A program made the position numbers and the translations under genes. 64,000 nucleotides of DNA from Candidatus Poribacteria bacterium (GTDB taxonomy: Bacteria > Poribacteria > WGA-4E > PCPOR2b): the NCBI GenBank assembly GCA_965208325.1, contig OZ242326.1, positions 576,001 through 640,000 of the forward strand. The letters are read 5' to 3'. This document shows positions 50,957-61,426 of this stretch, one piece after another. Position 1 is the first letter of the stretch; the number at the start of each line of letters is the position of its first letter. The notes below the pieces were generated by a model, which was given only the letters and a program-made list of their open reading frames with translations, did no database searches and had not been told where the DNA came from.

Positions 50957-53923
50957 TCACAAAGCCGATGGCGCCGACGGTTGGCGATAATCCTGATACA
51001 GCAACCGCTTTAGGTCGGCATTAACGTCCGGTTTTGATAGTTTGTTGTAAAGGTCCACCTTGTCTTGCACAAAGCCTAACAAAATGGCATCAAACACTTG
51101 ATTAAACTTGTAGCGTCTGTTGCTATCTGTGTTGTCACCCTCAAACACCTGCCGGAGCGACTCGTCGGCGTGCACCTTTTGGCGGATGGTCTCAATGTCA
51201 ACCTTGTCTTCCTGGGTAAAGTCCGTCTGATACGCGTCATTCAGCGTCTGGATGATATTGGAGAGTAGGTCGTGTTCCGGGTCTTTGCGCGAGGACTCAT
51301 CGCCGCCGATACCGTTAACCTCGCTATCTCCTGGGTCGAGATACAGCGTTTGGCTATCATGAATCTTCTGCACACGGAACGAATCCAAGTCCACGGACGC
51401 CAAGACATCGCTTACATCTTCGTATTCCCGTTTCGGCAGTTTCTTATTGAGGCTGCGGCAGAAAACGTAGAGCTTCTCCAACGCGGGGTCGGTGAACGTA
51501 ATCAACTGAGAGATGTATCCGTAACCCCGGATGTAGCTCTGCAATGCGGAACGAAAATCCTCGCGCGCTTCGCTCTCCAACTCCGACCATCTCTTAACGA
51601 CGCCGTCTAGGATGGGTTGCAGCCGTTCATTGGGTTGTTTTTCGTCATAGAAGATAAGGCAAAAGCCGTTGACCGTATCGAGGTCGAATAGCTCAAAATC
51701 TTCCAAACGCCGCTGCAGGTCATACAGCCGATTCGGGTCGGTATCCTCCTCAAGGATGGTCGCCTCATAGTATTGCTGAAACGCATCCTGAATCTGGTCG
51801 GGTTCGTTCACGAAATCGAGCACCAGCGTCTCCGTCTTGCCGGGCGCGACGCGGTTTAAGCGGCTGAGGCTCTGGACGCATTGCAGCCCGCCCAGCCGTT
51901 TATCGACGTACATGGTTTGCAGCATCGGTTCGTCGAAACCGCTCAGGAACTTGTTCGATACGATGAGAATCCGATACTCCGGACGCTTGAAGGTGTCCGC
52001 AATCGAAACGCTCGGCGCCAGATTGTTCATACCGTTTTCCGTGTAGTCCCGCCCGACATCGGTATCGTGCACTGTGCCGCTGAACGCGACCAGACAGCCG
52101 TAATGCAGGTTCATCTCCCTCATCTGGCGGTCAAATTCCGTCTTGTACCGCACACAGTGCATGCGGGACGGCGTGATAAGCATCGCCCTTCCCTTTCCCG
52201 CAATCGTATTTGCGGTGCGCTCGACAAAATGCTCCAGGATAATCCGCGTCTTGGTCTCAATGCTGTGGGGCTGCAGGTCAACGTAGTTCGTGAGCATCCT
52301 GAGCGTCCGCCCCTTCTCATAGGCTTTATCCTCCGATACGCTCTTCACCAGTTGAAAGTAACGCTTAAAGGTGGTATAGTTCTGCAGCACGTCGAGCGTG
52401 AAACCTTCGCTAATGCTCTGACGCATCGAATATACGTGGAACGGGACGAATTTTCCGTCTTCATTCTTCTGTCCAAACAGTTCTAAGGTTTTGTTCTTGG
52501 GTGTGCCGCTGAACCCGAAATATGAGATATGATCTTGCGCTTGGCGCCGCTCCATCTCCTCAATAATTCGCGCATCCATGTCCGAAACGTCAGGTTCGTC
52601 TTCGTCCAATGCCTCGCTCTCAATGCCTTTCGAGAGCGAGACTTTGAGGTTCTTGGCGGCTTCGCCGCTCTGGGAGGAGTGGACTTCATCGACAATCACG
52701 GCGAATGTCTTGCCTTTGAGTTCGCCGATTGCCTCGGCGATTACGCTGAACTTCTGAATCGTCGAGATGATGATGTCCTTTCCGGATTCGAGGAAATTCC
52801 TGAGTTGCGCCGAGGTTTTATCCACGGAGTGCACGACGCCAGCGACCTGCTCCATCTGTTTGATTGTCGCCTGAAGTTGGCGGTCGAGCACGCGACGATC
52901 GGTCACGACGATGATGGAGTCGAAGATGCGGTCCGTGTCTTCGGGAGAACGGTACAGATGCGTGAGCAGGTGCGCCAGCCATGCAATCGAGTTCGACTTG
53001 CCGCTGCCGGTGGCGTGTTGGATGAGGTAGTTACGCCCGACGCCGTCCGCAATGACCGCCGCCTTCAATTTCCGAATTACGTCGAGTTGGTGGTATCGCG
53101 GGAAAACCAACACTGAGCGTGGCTTATCTTTGACTTCGTCGTGGTCAGGGTTGTAGACCTTGTCTGTGACCTTTTGCTCATGAATAAAGTCGCCGATGAG
53201 TTCCATCAGGTTGTCGGGCTGCAAGATGTCCTCCCACAGGTAGGCGGCTTTGTGCCCATCCGGGTTCACCGGGTTTTCGATGCCTCGGTTGTACGGAAAG
53301 AAGCGCGTGCTGCTGCCCTGTAGGTGCGTCGTCATGGAGACCTTCTCGTTACCCACCGCGAAGTGAACCAGACAGCGCCGGAATCGGAACAGCGGCTCTC
53401 TCGGATCCCGGTCGGTGCGGTACTGTTTCTCGGCGTCCGCCACCACCTGACCGGTCAGGCTGTTCTTCAGTTCCATGGTCACCAGCGGCAGACCGTTGAG
53501 GAACAGCACCATATCCAGCGATTTCTCATTTTTTTGCGAGTACTTTAACTGCCGGATCAGAGAAAACCGGTTTTGCGCGTAACGCTTCAGAAGGTCGGGG
53601 TTCATGCCGCTTGCCGGGCGGAAATAGGTCAGGTCGAAGTAACAGCCTCTATCTTTAACGCCGTGCCGCAGCACATCCAGCACGCCGCGGCGTTCGATTT
53701 GTCGGCTTATTTCGTCGAGCAGCTTCTCGGGTGTCTCCTTCTGGTATTGGCGTTCAAGTTTCTCATACGTTTCCGGCTGCGTATCCTGAATAAATTCCAG
53801 CATCTCATCGTGTATCAGGCAGAGGCGCTTATTGTAGAAGACCGGTTGCCGAGAGCGGTAGCCTGACCGATTCAGGTGCGCTTCGATATGGTCTTCAAAG
53901 TTTGTCTCGTCATATGTCGGCAC
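50957..53923 (-). CDS. hsdR: type I restriction endonuclease subunit R
   Basis: D..LFLNGLP..TMELK nuclease motif, HATGSGKS, DEVHSSQ, FSGTPK, GFDEP, QSLSRLNR. Confidence 0.96.
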   Translation of the reverse strand: MPTYDETNFEDHIEAHLNRSGYRSRQPVFYNKRLCLIHDEMLEFIQDTQPETYEKLERQYQKETPEKLLDEISRQIERRGVLDVLRHGVKDRGCYFDLTYFRPASGMNPDLLKRYAQNRFSLIRQLKYSQKNEKSLDMVLFLNGLPLVTMELKNSLTGQVVADAEKQYRTDRDPREPLFRFRRCLVHFAVGNEKVSMTTHLQGSSTRFFPYNRGIENPVNPDGHKAAYLWEDILQPDNLMELIGDFIHEQKVTDKVYNPDHDEVKDKPRSVLVFPRYHQLDVIRKLKAAVIADGVGRNYLIQHATGSGKSNSIAWLAHLLTHLYRSPEDTDRIFDSIIVVTDRRVLDRQLQATIKQMEQVAGVVHSVDKTSAQLRNFLESGKDIIISTIQKFSVIAEAIGELKGKTFAVIVDEVHSSQSGEAAKNLKVSLSKGIESEALDEDEPDVSDMDARIIEEMERRQAQDHISYFGFSGTPKNKTLELFGQKNEDGKFVPFHVYSMRQSISEGFTLDVLQNYTTFKRYFQLVKSVSEDKAYEKGRTLRMLTNYVDLQPHSIETKTRIILEHFVERTANTIAGKGRAMLITPSRMHCVRYKTEFDRQMREMNLHYGCLVAFSGTVHDTDVGRDYTENGMNNLAPSVSIADTFKRPEYRILIVSNKFLSGFDEPMLQTMYVDKRLGGLQCVQSLSRLNRVAPGKTETLVLDFVNEPDQIQDAFQQYYEATILEEDTDPNRLYDLQRRLEDFELFDLDTVNGFCLIFYDEKQPNERLQPILDGVVKRWSELESEAREDFRSALQSYIRGYGYISQLITFTDPALEKLYVFCRSLNKKLPKREYEDVSDVLASVDLDSFRVQKIHDSQTLYLDPGDSEVNGIGGDESSRKDPEHDLLSNIIQTLNDAYQTDFTQEDKVDIETIRQKVHADESLRQVFEGDNTDSNRRYKFNQVFDAILLGFVQDKVDLYNKLSKPDVNADLKRLLYQDYRQPSAPSAL

Positions 53924-53926
53924 GGG

Positions 53927-55282
53927 CTACACCTCGTTTCGGACATCTATCTTGCCCGTCACAGCATCGGAGATAAGGGATTGGCGGTATTCTTTAAGGA
54001 GTTCAATGCTTCGCTGTTCTTCGGATATTAGTTCGTCAATCTGTAAGATTTTGCGGTCGAGGTAATCGGCGATTTTGGCTTGTTCTTGAATGGATGGAAC
54101 AGGAATCGGAAAGTTCTCAACAAATTTCGTTGGCACCCGTTTCAGACCAACTGCGCTGGTCATAAAATATTTGCCCATGCTACGAAGCGGGTCATTGTGG
54201 AGGACATAATAAAGAAAAGTTGGAAACACTTTCCGCGAGACTGGACGAATGACAATGAACTCAGTTGACCCGAAGCCAACTTGGGATGCCAAATTCTTTA
54301 TGAGGACAATCTTGCCATTTTCAAAACAGGGAGTAACTTTGGCTATGAGAACGTCATTTTCCTCAAAATAAGTGTAGCCGTTTTTGAGTTGTGAATATGG
54401 AACCTTTAATTCTTGGTCAAACGTCCCATCAGTATGAACTCGCTCCATCGGAAGAAAGACCACAAGTTTATCTTTAAGGTAATGTGTTTTGGGATTGTTC
54501 TTCGACGGATTGCTAGAGCCCACATGTTTTACCTTCAAAACTTCCCAATGTGCCGGTATCTCCCCAATCCACTCCACGCCCGACGGTTTCAACTCCACAT
54601 TCGGGTTAAGCCCTTTCGTCACCGCCTGATTTATCAGTGCGGTCCGCTGTTCCTGCAGCAGTTTTTTCTTTCGCTCTTTGATGCGGATTAGCTCGTCAAT
54701 TTGACCGGTCTTGTGGTCGAGGAAGGTCACTATCTTAACTTGCTCATCTTTGGAGGATGGCATAGGGATTAGATTGGAGATATATTCTTCTACCTTGAGG
54801 TTTGGATATGTCGTTGCGGAAACCATGCGCTTTATTCGCTCTTTTGTTATGGATGAAGTCAGAAAATAATACAAAAGCTTTGGCACATACATGTCCCGAT
54901 TCGCTTTCACACGCATCAAAAAATTGCTGAATACGATACTCATGGAACGGTTGTCAATGTATCCTGCCTTTCCAGTGATTATGTTAGTCGCGGATCCGCT
55001 TGACTTTACAACAATAATGTCCCCGTCTTTCACTGAGTAATAATCATGATCGGCTTTGCTAAATGACCTAATAGGCATCTTTTCTATGAGCCAATCTCCA
55101 TCCGTCGTTAGATGTGCTGTAGTTGAAACAGGTACATCAAATTCCAGAATCCCCTGGTCCTCACCCCACACCCCGCTATTATCAATCTGCGCGACATGCT
55201 TCATCTTAACCAATTCCCAAGCCTGGGGTACGGCGCCGATCAACTCCTCACGAGTTTCTATATATTCAGGATATCTCCTCAT
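53927..55282 (-). CDS. hsdS: type I restriction-modification specificity subunit
   Basis: Two TRDs separated by conserved EQ.KI..FLD......ID.LI / KPSGVEWIGEIP.HWEV; C-terminal SLISDAVTGKIDV. Confidence 0.95.
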   Translation of the reverse strand: MRRYPEYIETREELIGAVPQAWELVKMKHVAQIDNSGVWGEDQGILEFDVPVSTTAHLTTDGDWLIEKMPIRSFSKADHDYYSVKDGDIIVVKSSGSATNIITGKAGYIDNRSMSIVFSNFLMRVKANRDMYVPKLLYYFLTSSITKERIKRMVSATTYPNLKVEEYISNLIPMPSSKDEQVKIVTFLDHKTGQIDELIRIKERKKKLLQEQRTALINQAVTKGLNPNVELKPSGVEWIGEIPAHWEVLKVKHVGSSNPSKNNPKTHYLKDKLVVFLPMERVHTDGTFDQELKVPYSQLKNGYTYFEENDVLIAKVTPCFENGKIVLIKNLASQVGFGSTEFIVIRPVSRKVFPTFLYYVLHNDPLRSMGKYFMTSAVGLKRVPTKFVENFPIPVPSIQEQAKIADYLDRKILQIDELISEEQRSIELLKEYRQSLISDAVTGKIDVRNEV

Positions 55283-55743
55283 AATCCCAACACTCCTAAT
55301 GACCTTCAAGCGAATTCCCCATGAGCATTATAGCATAATTGATATGTGCTGTCACTGCATATCAACCACAGTCCAAAATCGACGTGGCTGCAAGCACGGG
55401 TACGTTTCTTAATCTTGAGACTGGGAAAATTGATGATAGTCGGCATCCTAATATTGCTTTACAAAAAATCAAATTTGTTATACCATTGTCCCAAAATAAT
55501 CGTCTACATTATATACCGAAATTTAAAGCGGAAGGGTGAGGTATTTGGGGTTGGTGATTTACACTTACCTATTAGACCAGACAGACGAAATTCTTCACTT
55601 CACTTTTTTGAGTCGACACCCGATGCGACGGCAAGAGACAAGCGGCAGTTTTGTTCACTCGCATAAATTTCTTAGAGTCATAATGTTTGTACGCTGTCGT
55701 TTCTCAACTGAGCGACTCAAGACCAGCAGATTATTGAAATGAT

Positions 55744-56820
55744 ATGGAAAACTGTTCAGTCATAGATTTGTTTTGCGGAGCAGGTGCTCTTACACATGGG
55801 TTCGTCCAAGAGGGTTTTAATGTTGTCGCCGGACTTGATGCAGACGAAGCATGTAGATATCCATATGAAACCAACAATAACGGGGCGCAATTTATCGCAG
55901 AAGGAATTGAATTAGTTAAAGGCACTGATCTCTCAAAGCACTATCCGAAAGGCAATACAAAAATACTCGTAGGTTGTGCCCCATGCCAGCCTTACTCACC
56001 TTACAACAAGCGCAAACGGTTTCCGGAGAACAAGTGGAAATTGCTCACTAGCTTTTCTGACAGAATCTCGGAGATTAAACCGGATATTGTATCAATGGAA
56101 AATGTCCCAGATTTGGTGACTTTCAATAAAGGCAGTATTTTTCAGGACTTCGTGAAACGCTTGGAAACGGATTACATTGTTACTTCATATCCAGCAGTGT
56201 TCTGTCCCGACTTTGGCATTCCGCAACAGCGAAAACGGCTAGTTCTTTTCGCCTCCAAATTCGGCAAACTCGAACTTCTGAAAGCAACTTGCCAGCCCAG
56301 TGAATATAAGAAGATTAAAGATGTAATAGGTAACCTAGAATGGCTTGAAGCTGGCAAGACAAGTCAGAACGATCCTTATCATAAAGCAGCTGGGTTGTCG
56401 GACTTAAACCTTCAACGCATTAGAGCGTCCAAGCCCGGCGGCACATGGAGAGATTGGCCTAATGATTTGGTTGCGCGCTGTCATCAAGAAAAAAAGGGCA
56501 AAGGCTATGCGAGTGTCTACGGAAGGATGCAATGGGATGGTCTTTCCCCAACGATTACAACACAGTTCCATGGGTTTGGAAATGGAAGATATGGCCATCC
56601 TGAACAGGATCGCGCGATTTCGTTAAGGGAAGCGGCGCGACTCCAGACGTTTCCTGACAGCTATAAATTCGTTCCGCCAGATAGCCCGCATTCCGTTACG
56701 ATGATTGCGCGATTCATCGGAAACGCGGTGCCCGTTGAACTCGCTCGAATAATTGCAAAAAGCATCAAACGACACCTATTGTCTCAACGAATTACTCTAG
56801 GGGTTGAAGAGAATGCCTAA
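55744..56820 (+). CDS. dcm: DNA (cytosine-5)-methyltransferase
   Basis: DLFCGAG, GCAPCQPYS, MENV, PQQRKRL, R.ISLREAARLQTFP, GNAVP. Confidence 0.96.
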   Translation: MENCSVIDLFCGAGALTHGFVQEGFNVVAGLDADEACRYPYETNNNGAQFIAEGIELVKGTDLSKHYPKGNTKILVGCAPCQPYSPYNKRKRFPENKWKLLTSFSDRISEIKPDIVSMENVPDLVTFNKGSIFQDFVKRLETDYIVTSYPAVFCPDFGIPQQRKRLVLFASKFGKLELLKATCQPSEYKKIKDVIGNLEWLEAGKTSQNDPYHKAAGLSDLNLQRIRASKPGGTWRDWPNDLVARCHQEKKGKGYASVYGRMQWDGLSPTITTQFHGFGNGRYGHPEQDRAISLREAARLQTFPDSYKFVPPDSPHSVTMIARFIGNAVPVELARIIAKSIKRHLLSQRITLGVEENA

Positions 56821-58966
56821 ACTAAAATTCACGATTGATGCCGCGCTATTGAGAGAGCTTGGAGAAAGGCTTGTCGGTAGACCTCACATTGCATTGGCAG
56901 AATTAATTAAGAACAGTTATGACGCTGATGCAACTCAAGTAATCATTGAGTTTTCACCAGATAGCGACCAAATTAAGGTCTCTGACAATGGACACGGCAT
57001 GACGTTCGAGGAATTCAAAAACTTTTGGATGCGAATTGGAACAACTCACAAGTGGAAAAAACAGTCCCGAGGTTTTAACCGAGCCATGACCGGTTCTAAA
57101 GGAATTGGACGTTTAGCAGTCCAATTTTTGGCTACGAGGCTGGAAATCAAAACTGTTTCCAGTGACGCACGTGGCAATTGGCTTGAAGCACAAGCTAATT
57201 GGTTAGAGACCGCAAACGCTAAGGAACTTTCGGAGGCGACGGTTGAATACAATCTTAGCGGCGCAACTACGCCATTTCCGCACGGCACTTCAATAATTCT
57301 TAACGGATTAAAAGGCGAGTGGACAACTGAATCCGTTCGGAAGTTAGCCTCTGAGCTATGGTGGCTTCAGCCCCCTTTCACTTCCTCATCCTCGGATTTA
57401 ACCCATTCGAATGTTGAATTTCGAGTTGATTTTCAGGCTTCTCATCACAATTACGCCCAAGAATTTCTTAACCAAATGAACGCGATAAAGCGCATTTGGA
57501 TTGCGCGGATAGTCGGAAAGAATGTTGACGGGAAAGTCAGGCTTTCGCTAGAGTTTCCCGGTGACCAGCCAACTATTAACAAATACAACATAGCTGACTT
57601 TTCCCACAATTTGGGACAATACGACAAAAACAATAACCTCAATAACGCACATTTTGAGATTCGGATTTATAATCTGTCGGGAAGACAAAGATTTGGCATT
57701 GAGGTGAAAAAAGCTAGAAAATATTTTGAAGAACATGGAGGCGTCCACGTTTATGATGGTGGGTTTCGACTCCCTTACTACGGTTTACCGACGAGCGACT
57801 GGCTGAAATTGGAATACGATCACTCTCATCGAAAAACGGTTTCCCAATATTTTCCGAGAGAAATCCAGGTTCACAGAGCCTTAAATGATTTACCGACCCT
57901 TGGGCGCGTTCTTGGTGAGGTGAATGTAGACACGTCCCGAGAACATAATCTCAAGATTATGATTACTCGAGATCGTTTAACTGAAACTAGGGCGTATGAC
58001 GATCTCGTGTCTATTGTCCGACATGCAATTGATTGGTACGCAATCGAAACTGCTCGGCGCAAATTTGAGGCGAAAAAAAGAGAAGCGCCGCCTGAACCTA
58101 CATCGCAGAGACTTGTAAAAATTGAACAAGTCTTGGAACAGTATGAACCTGAAATTCCTAAAAACGTGTATCACGAGGTACATGAAGAAGTTCAAAAGGT
58201 AATTACAACGGTAAAGACAAATCAGGAGTTCGTTATTGAACAGATGGCGCTGCTTGCGCCGCTCGCGACGGCAGGTATTTCGGCGTTATCGTACCAGCAC
58301 GAGTTGAAAAAACAATTTGCGTTTGTTGAAAGCATAATCGACAGCATGACTGGCATTCAAACAGAAGATCGTGGACTCCGGCAGGACTTGATTTCACTAA
58401 GCGGGGATTTGAAATTGTGGCTGGAAAGAGCCAAAGCAACCAACGGTCTCTTTGACTACATAGCTGACGCTGAGAACACCAAGTTAAGGTTCAGGTTGCG
58501 AGCTAATTCGGTGATTCACGATATCGTTACACAGACGCGTTTCTTAGCACGTGACATCAAAGTTGATTTTAGTCAGCTTGAGGACGAACTGTTTTTGCCA
58601 AAGGCATCATTTGCAGAATGGGGTGCAATTTTTCAAAATATTTTTACCAACTCATTTAATGCAATGCTTGATTCGTCCGAACGCCTGCTTCATATTAGTT
58701 CACAATCCAAGCAGAAATCACGCGAGATACTTATCCAAGACACTGGACACGGTATTAACGTAGAAGAGTCAGATAGGTATTTCAATCCATTTGAGCGGGC
58801 ATCCTCTGTTTCTCCCGAACGACAAGCGCTTGGTTATGGTGGTACCGGCCTCGGTCTTACAATAGTGCGGCTGCTAGCGGACAATATCGGATGCCGGGTG
58901 CAATTCGTACCGCCGCACAGCGGGTTTAGGACAGCGTTCTCAATTCAATGGAGGGAAAGTAAATGA
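56813..58966 (+). CDS. MORC/MutL-type GHKL ATPase fused to a histidine kinase
   Basis: N-term ELIKNSYDADA, DNGHGM, GSKGIGR, HGT; C-term H-box YQHELKK, N-box QNIFTNSFNA, DTGHGI, FNPF, GTGLGL; overlaps the dcm stop. Confidence 0.88.
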   Translation: MPKLKFTIDAALLRELGERLVGRPHIALAELIKNSYDADATQVIIEFSPDSDQIKVSDNGHGMTFEEFKNFWMRIGTTHKWKKQSRGFNRAMTGSKGIGRLAVQFLATRLEIKTVSSDARGNWLEAQANWLETANAKELSEATVEYNLSGATTPFPHGTSIILNGLKGEWTTESVRKLASELWWLQPPFTSSSSDLTHSNVEFRVDFQASHHNYAQEFLNQMNAIKRIWIARIVGKNVDGKVRLSLEFPGDQPTINKYNIADFSHNLGQYDKNNNLNNAHFEIRIYNLSGRQRFGIEVKKARKYFEEHGGVHVYDGGFRLPYYGLPTSDWLKLEYDHSHRKTVSQYFPREIQVHRALNDLPTLGRVLGEVNVDTSREHNLKIMITRDRLTETRAYDDLVSIVRHAIDWYAIETARRKFEAKKREAPPEPTSQRLVKIEQVLEQYEPEIPKNVYHEVHEEVQKVITTVKTNQEFVIEQMALLAPLATAGISALSYQHELKKQFAFVESIIDSMTGIQTEDRGLRQDLISLSGDLKLWLERAKATNGLFDYIADAENTKLRFRLRANSVIHDIVTQTRFLARDIKVDFSQLEDELFLPKASFAEWGAIFQNIFTNSFNAMLDSSERLLHISSQSKQKSREILIQDTGHGINVEESDRYFNPFERASSVSPERQALGYGGTGLGLTIVRLLADNIGCRVQFVPPHSGFRTAFSIQWRESK

Positions 58967-60174
58967 AAAAGAAAATCCTGATTTATGATGATGAGCAGCA
59001 ACAAAGAGAGGTCTTCAAGACAAAATTGATGCGTGGACTGGAAAGAGCAAAAGTAGACGACGCTTTCGATGTTAAAATCATTGGTGAGGACGATCTTCAG
59101 ATCTCAATGGAAACATTGCGGGCTAGGCAGGTTGCTACTCGGGACAACGGCGAATCTTCTGATGAGACGACGCAATTTGACGAAACCTCAGTATTCATGA
59201 TTGATTACGACCTACTCAAAAGTAATGCGAAAGGATTTTTCACGGGTGAAAACCTCGCGTACAGTGTTAGATGCTTTTCAACATGCAAGATGATTGTAGG
59301 ATTGAATCAATTTGGAAGCAACCCGTTCGATTTAACGTTGAAAGGACATCCAGAATCCTTCGCTGACTTGAATCTCGGGGTGGAACAGCTTGATAATCCC
59401 GGTCTCTGGCACAGCAACTGGGGAGATTCCAGACAAGGTTTTAGACCGTGGTACTGGCCGAATTTATCGGACTCCCTGAATAATTTTGACCAGAAGTTTG
59501 AGGATGTTCAACAGAATTTGGACAAGCCTATCTGTACAGTTCTTGGGTTTAATCAAGAATTGTTCGGTACGCTACCCCGCGCCGTTGTTCAATTCTTAGG
59601 AAAAGGCAATGGGAACGATTCCACTCAAGCGACGTGTCGGGAGTTTGTCACAGAGTCCGGCAACGGTTTAAGGCCTAAAGACGCGACCATTTCAGATGTG
59701 GACGTTTTGGCAAGGGTTGGGGCAGCAAGAATCTCAAAATGGCTGGAGAGATTCGTTTTGCCGGAGCAGGACTTCCTGGTTGATGCGCCGCATTTGGTCT
59801 CCAGGTATCCGAGTCTCATTGCAAATGGCGAGACGACAATCAAGGCTTGGAACAGAACAGCGCAATTGGTGGACTATCGGGAATTGGGGCTTGTCTCCGA
59901 GGTTATAGAACGCTTTAGATTCAAAAAAGACTATTGGATTTCACGCCCTGTTTGGGTTTGGGATGAACTTCGCGAGTGTAAACGTATCAAAGAAGTATCG
60001 GAACCCTGGGGGACACCAAAACCAGAGTGGGTTTTCTGTGAAGATGCCTCGCGATTCTACAACCGTAACACCTGCCGCACTTTTTTTGCCGACACTGCGT
60101 CCCCATTCATTCGGCGATTTGCTAGGAGTTTCAAGAATGTTGATTATAGGCCTATGGTTCGGCTTTCACTGTGA
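58963..60174 (+). CDS. receiver (REC)-like domain protein with uncharacterised C-terminal region
   Basis: KILIYDDE acidic pocket and FMIDYDL phospho-acceptor-like Asp; ATGA overlap with the kinase gene. Confidence 0.7.
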   Translation: MKKKILIYDDEQQQREVFKTKLMRGLERAKVDDAFDVKIIGEDDLQISMETLRARQVATRDNGESSDETTQFDETSVFMIDYDLLKSNAKGFFTGENLAYSVRCFSTCKMIVGLNQFGSNPFDLTLKGHPESFADLNLGVEQLDNPGLWHSNWGDSRQGFRPWYWPNLSDSLNNFDQKFEDVQQNLDKPICTVLGFNQELFGTLPRAVVQFLGKGNGNDSTQATCREFVTESGNGLRPKDATISDVDVLARVGAARISKWLERFVLPEQDFLVDAPHLVSRYPSLIANGETTIKAWNRTAQLVDYRELGLVSEVIERFRFKKDYWISRPVWVWDELRECKRIKEVSEPWGTPKPEWVFCEDASRFYNRNTCRTFFADTASPFIRRFARSFKNVDYRPMVRLSL

Positions 60175-60192
60175 GTTTCGCCTAAAAACGAA

Positions 60193-60888
60193 ATGAAAAA
60201 AACTGTCACGACGTTAGAAGATATCCTGGTGCCCCTGTTTCAGATTCAAGAATCCGCTTGGGGTGAAAAGGATTTAACGCTAAAACCATCCAAACAAGCG
60301 TTGAATACTTACCATGCCATATCTGTAGTGGTACCGCCCATAACTCTTGAAGAAACTAAATTCATTTATGAACCACCTAACTACATACTGGATTATTCTC
60401 AACGTGGAAGAGTGTTATATCTTCCACCGCTCCAAAACAAAGTCTCGGACTTTGTGCCAATTCTGTCGGCATGTTGCAAAATGAGCAGAGCGAAGTGCAC
60501 TGCGAGACTCCAAGTCATGTTAGTACGTTTTAACCAGCACCCTAAACCTCTTGGCATGGGTTTTCGTCTAGAAACGCCAGAACGCGCGAATCAGAACGAC
60601 GATGCTACGACTCAAGAGGGGATCCACGACTTTCACCATGCGCAACTCATTCGGGAATTTCGTGATAATCGGCTTGACGGCGCTCTGCGAATTAGTTGCC
60701 CTTGGTGGCTACCTGTTACTCAACCCTCGTTTCCGTTGCCCGCCGAATGTCCTGTAACGTTGTTGCTCTGCCTTATTGTGACGCTGTATGGTAGAAGGTA
60801 TTATAATCAGTTCCTAGACGACCATCAAATATTCGACATCAAACGGCACCGAAAGAAACTAGATCCGTGGATAAACTGGCGAAAATAA
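60193..60888 (+). CDS. hypothetical protein, last gene of the dcm operon
   Basis: 231-aa ORF 18 bp after the REC gene; FRLE, HDFHHAQ, QPSFPLP motifs. Confidence 0.7.
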   Translation: MKKTVTTLEDILVPLFQIQESAWGEKDLTLKPSKQALNTYHAISVVVPPITLEETKFIYEPPNYILDYSQRGRVLYLPPLQNKVSDFVPILSACCKMSRAKCTARLQVMLVRFNQHPKPLGMGFRLETPERANQNDDATTQEGIHDFHHAQLIREFRDNRLDGALRISCPWWLPVTQPSFPLPAECPVTLLLCLIVTLYGRRYYNQFLDDHQIFDIKRHRKKLDPWINWRK

Positions 60889-60922
60889 TTGAATACTCCC
60901 GCAATATTGGTAAAAAAAACGC

Positions 60923-61426
60923 TCAAGTTTCGCCGCACGACCGATGGATGTCATCCTCACAAATGAACTTCACTGTCACACCATTTTCACGAAGTACGTG
61001 GCGGAATTCCCACCACTGCGTGTCGGTCGCTTGCAGGATTGGCGGTTTCTCTGCATGGGCAAGCGCAACTGCGACAAATTTCCGATCTTTTGAATGAAAA
61101 CCATTCAACGCTTTATCGTCTGGAAACTCTTTAAATTCATTTTCTAAACCGTTCACAGTCGTGATCGAAACTAAGTGGCATCGTTTATCTTTGTTAATCA
61201 AGACCCAGCGAAGAAACCTATCGCCTGTACCGGGCTTACCGCTAGAGCGAAGATTACCGATGTATTCGGCGAGAATTATCCATCTATCATCAAGAACCAA
61301 TGTCTCCTCGCCACGCATGATTTTTTCAAGCTTACCGATACAGGTGTTAACGCAATTCGGAGTAGCTTGCGGTGACTCCTCTCGACCGTTGGCGACCTTC
61401 GCAACGTTTGTATCCACCACAACCAT
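60923..61426 (-). CDS. PIN-domain-like protein
   Basis: VVVDTNV, EY, DRKFVAVA, ATD acidic pattern; ATG overlaps the upstream TAA. Confidence 0.65.
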   Translation of the reverse strand: MVVVDTNVAKVANGREESPQATPNCVNTCIGKLEKIMRGEETLVLDDRWIILAEYIGNLRSSGKPGTGDRFLRWVLINKDKRCHLVSITTVNGLENEFKEFPDDKALNGFHSKDRKFVAVALAHAEKPPILQATDTQWWEFRHVLRENGVTVKFICEDDIHRSCGET

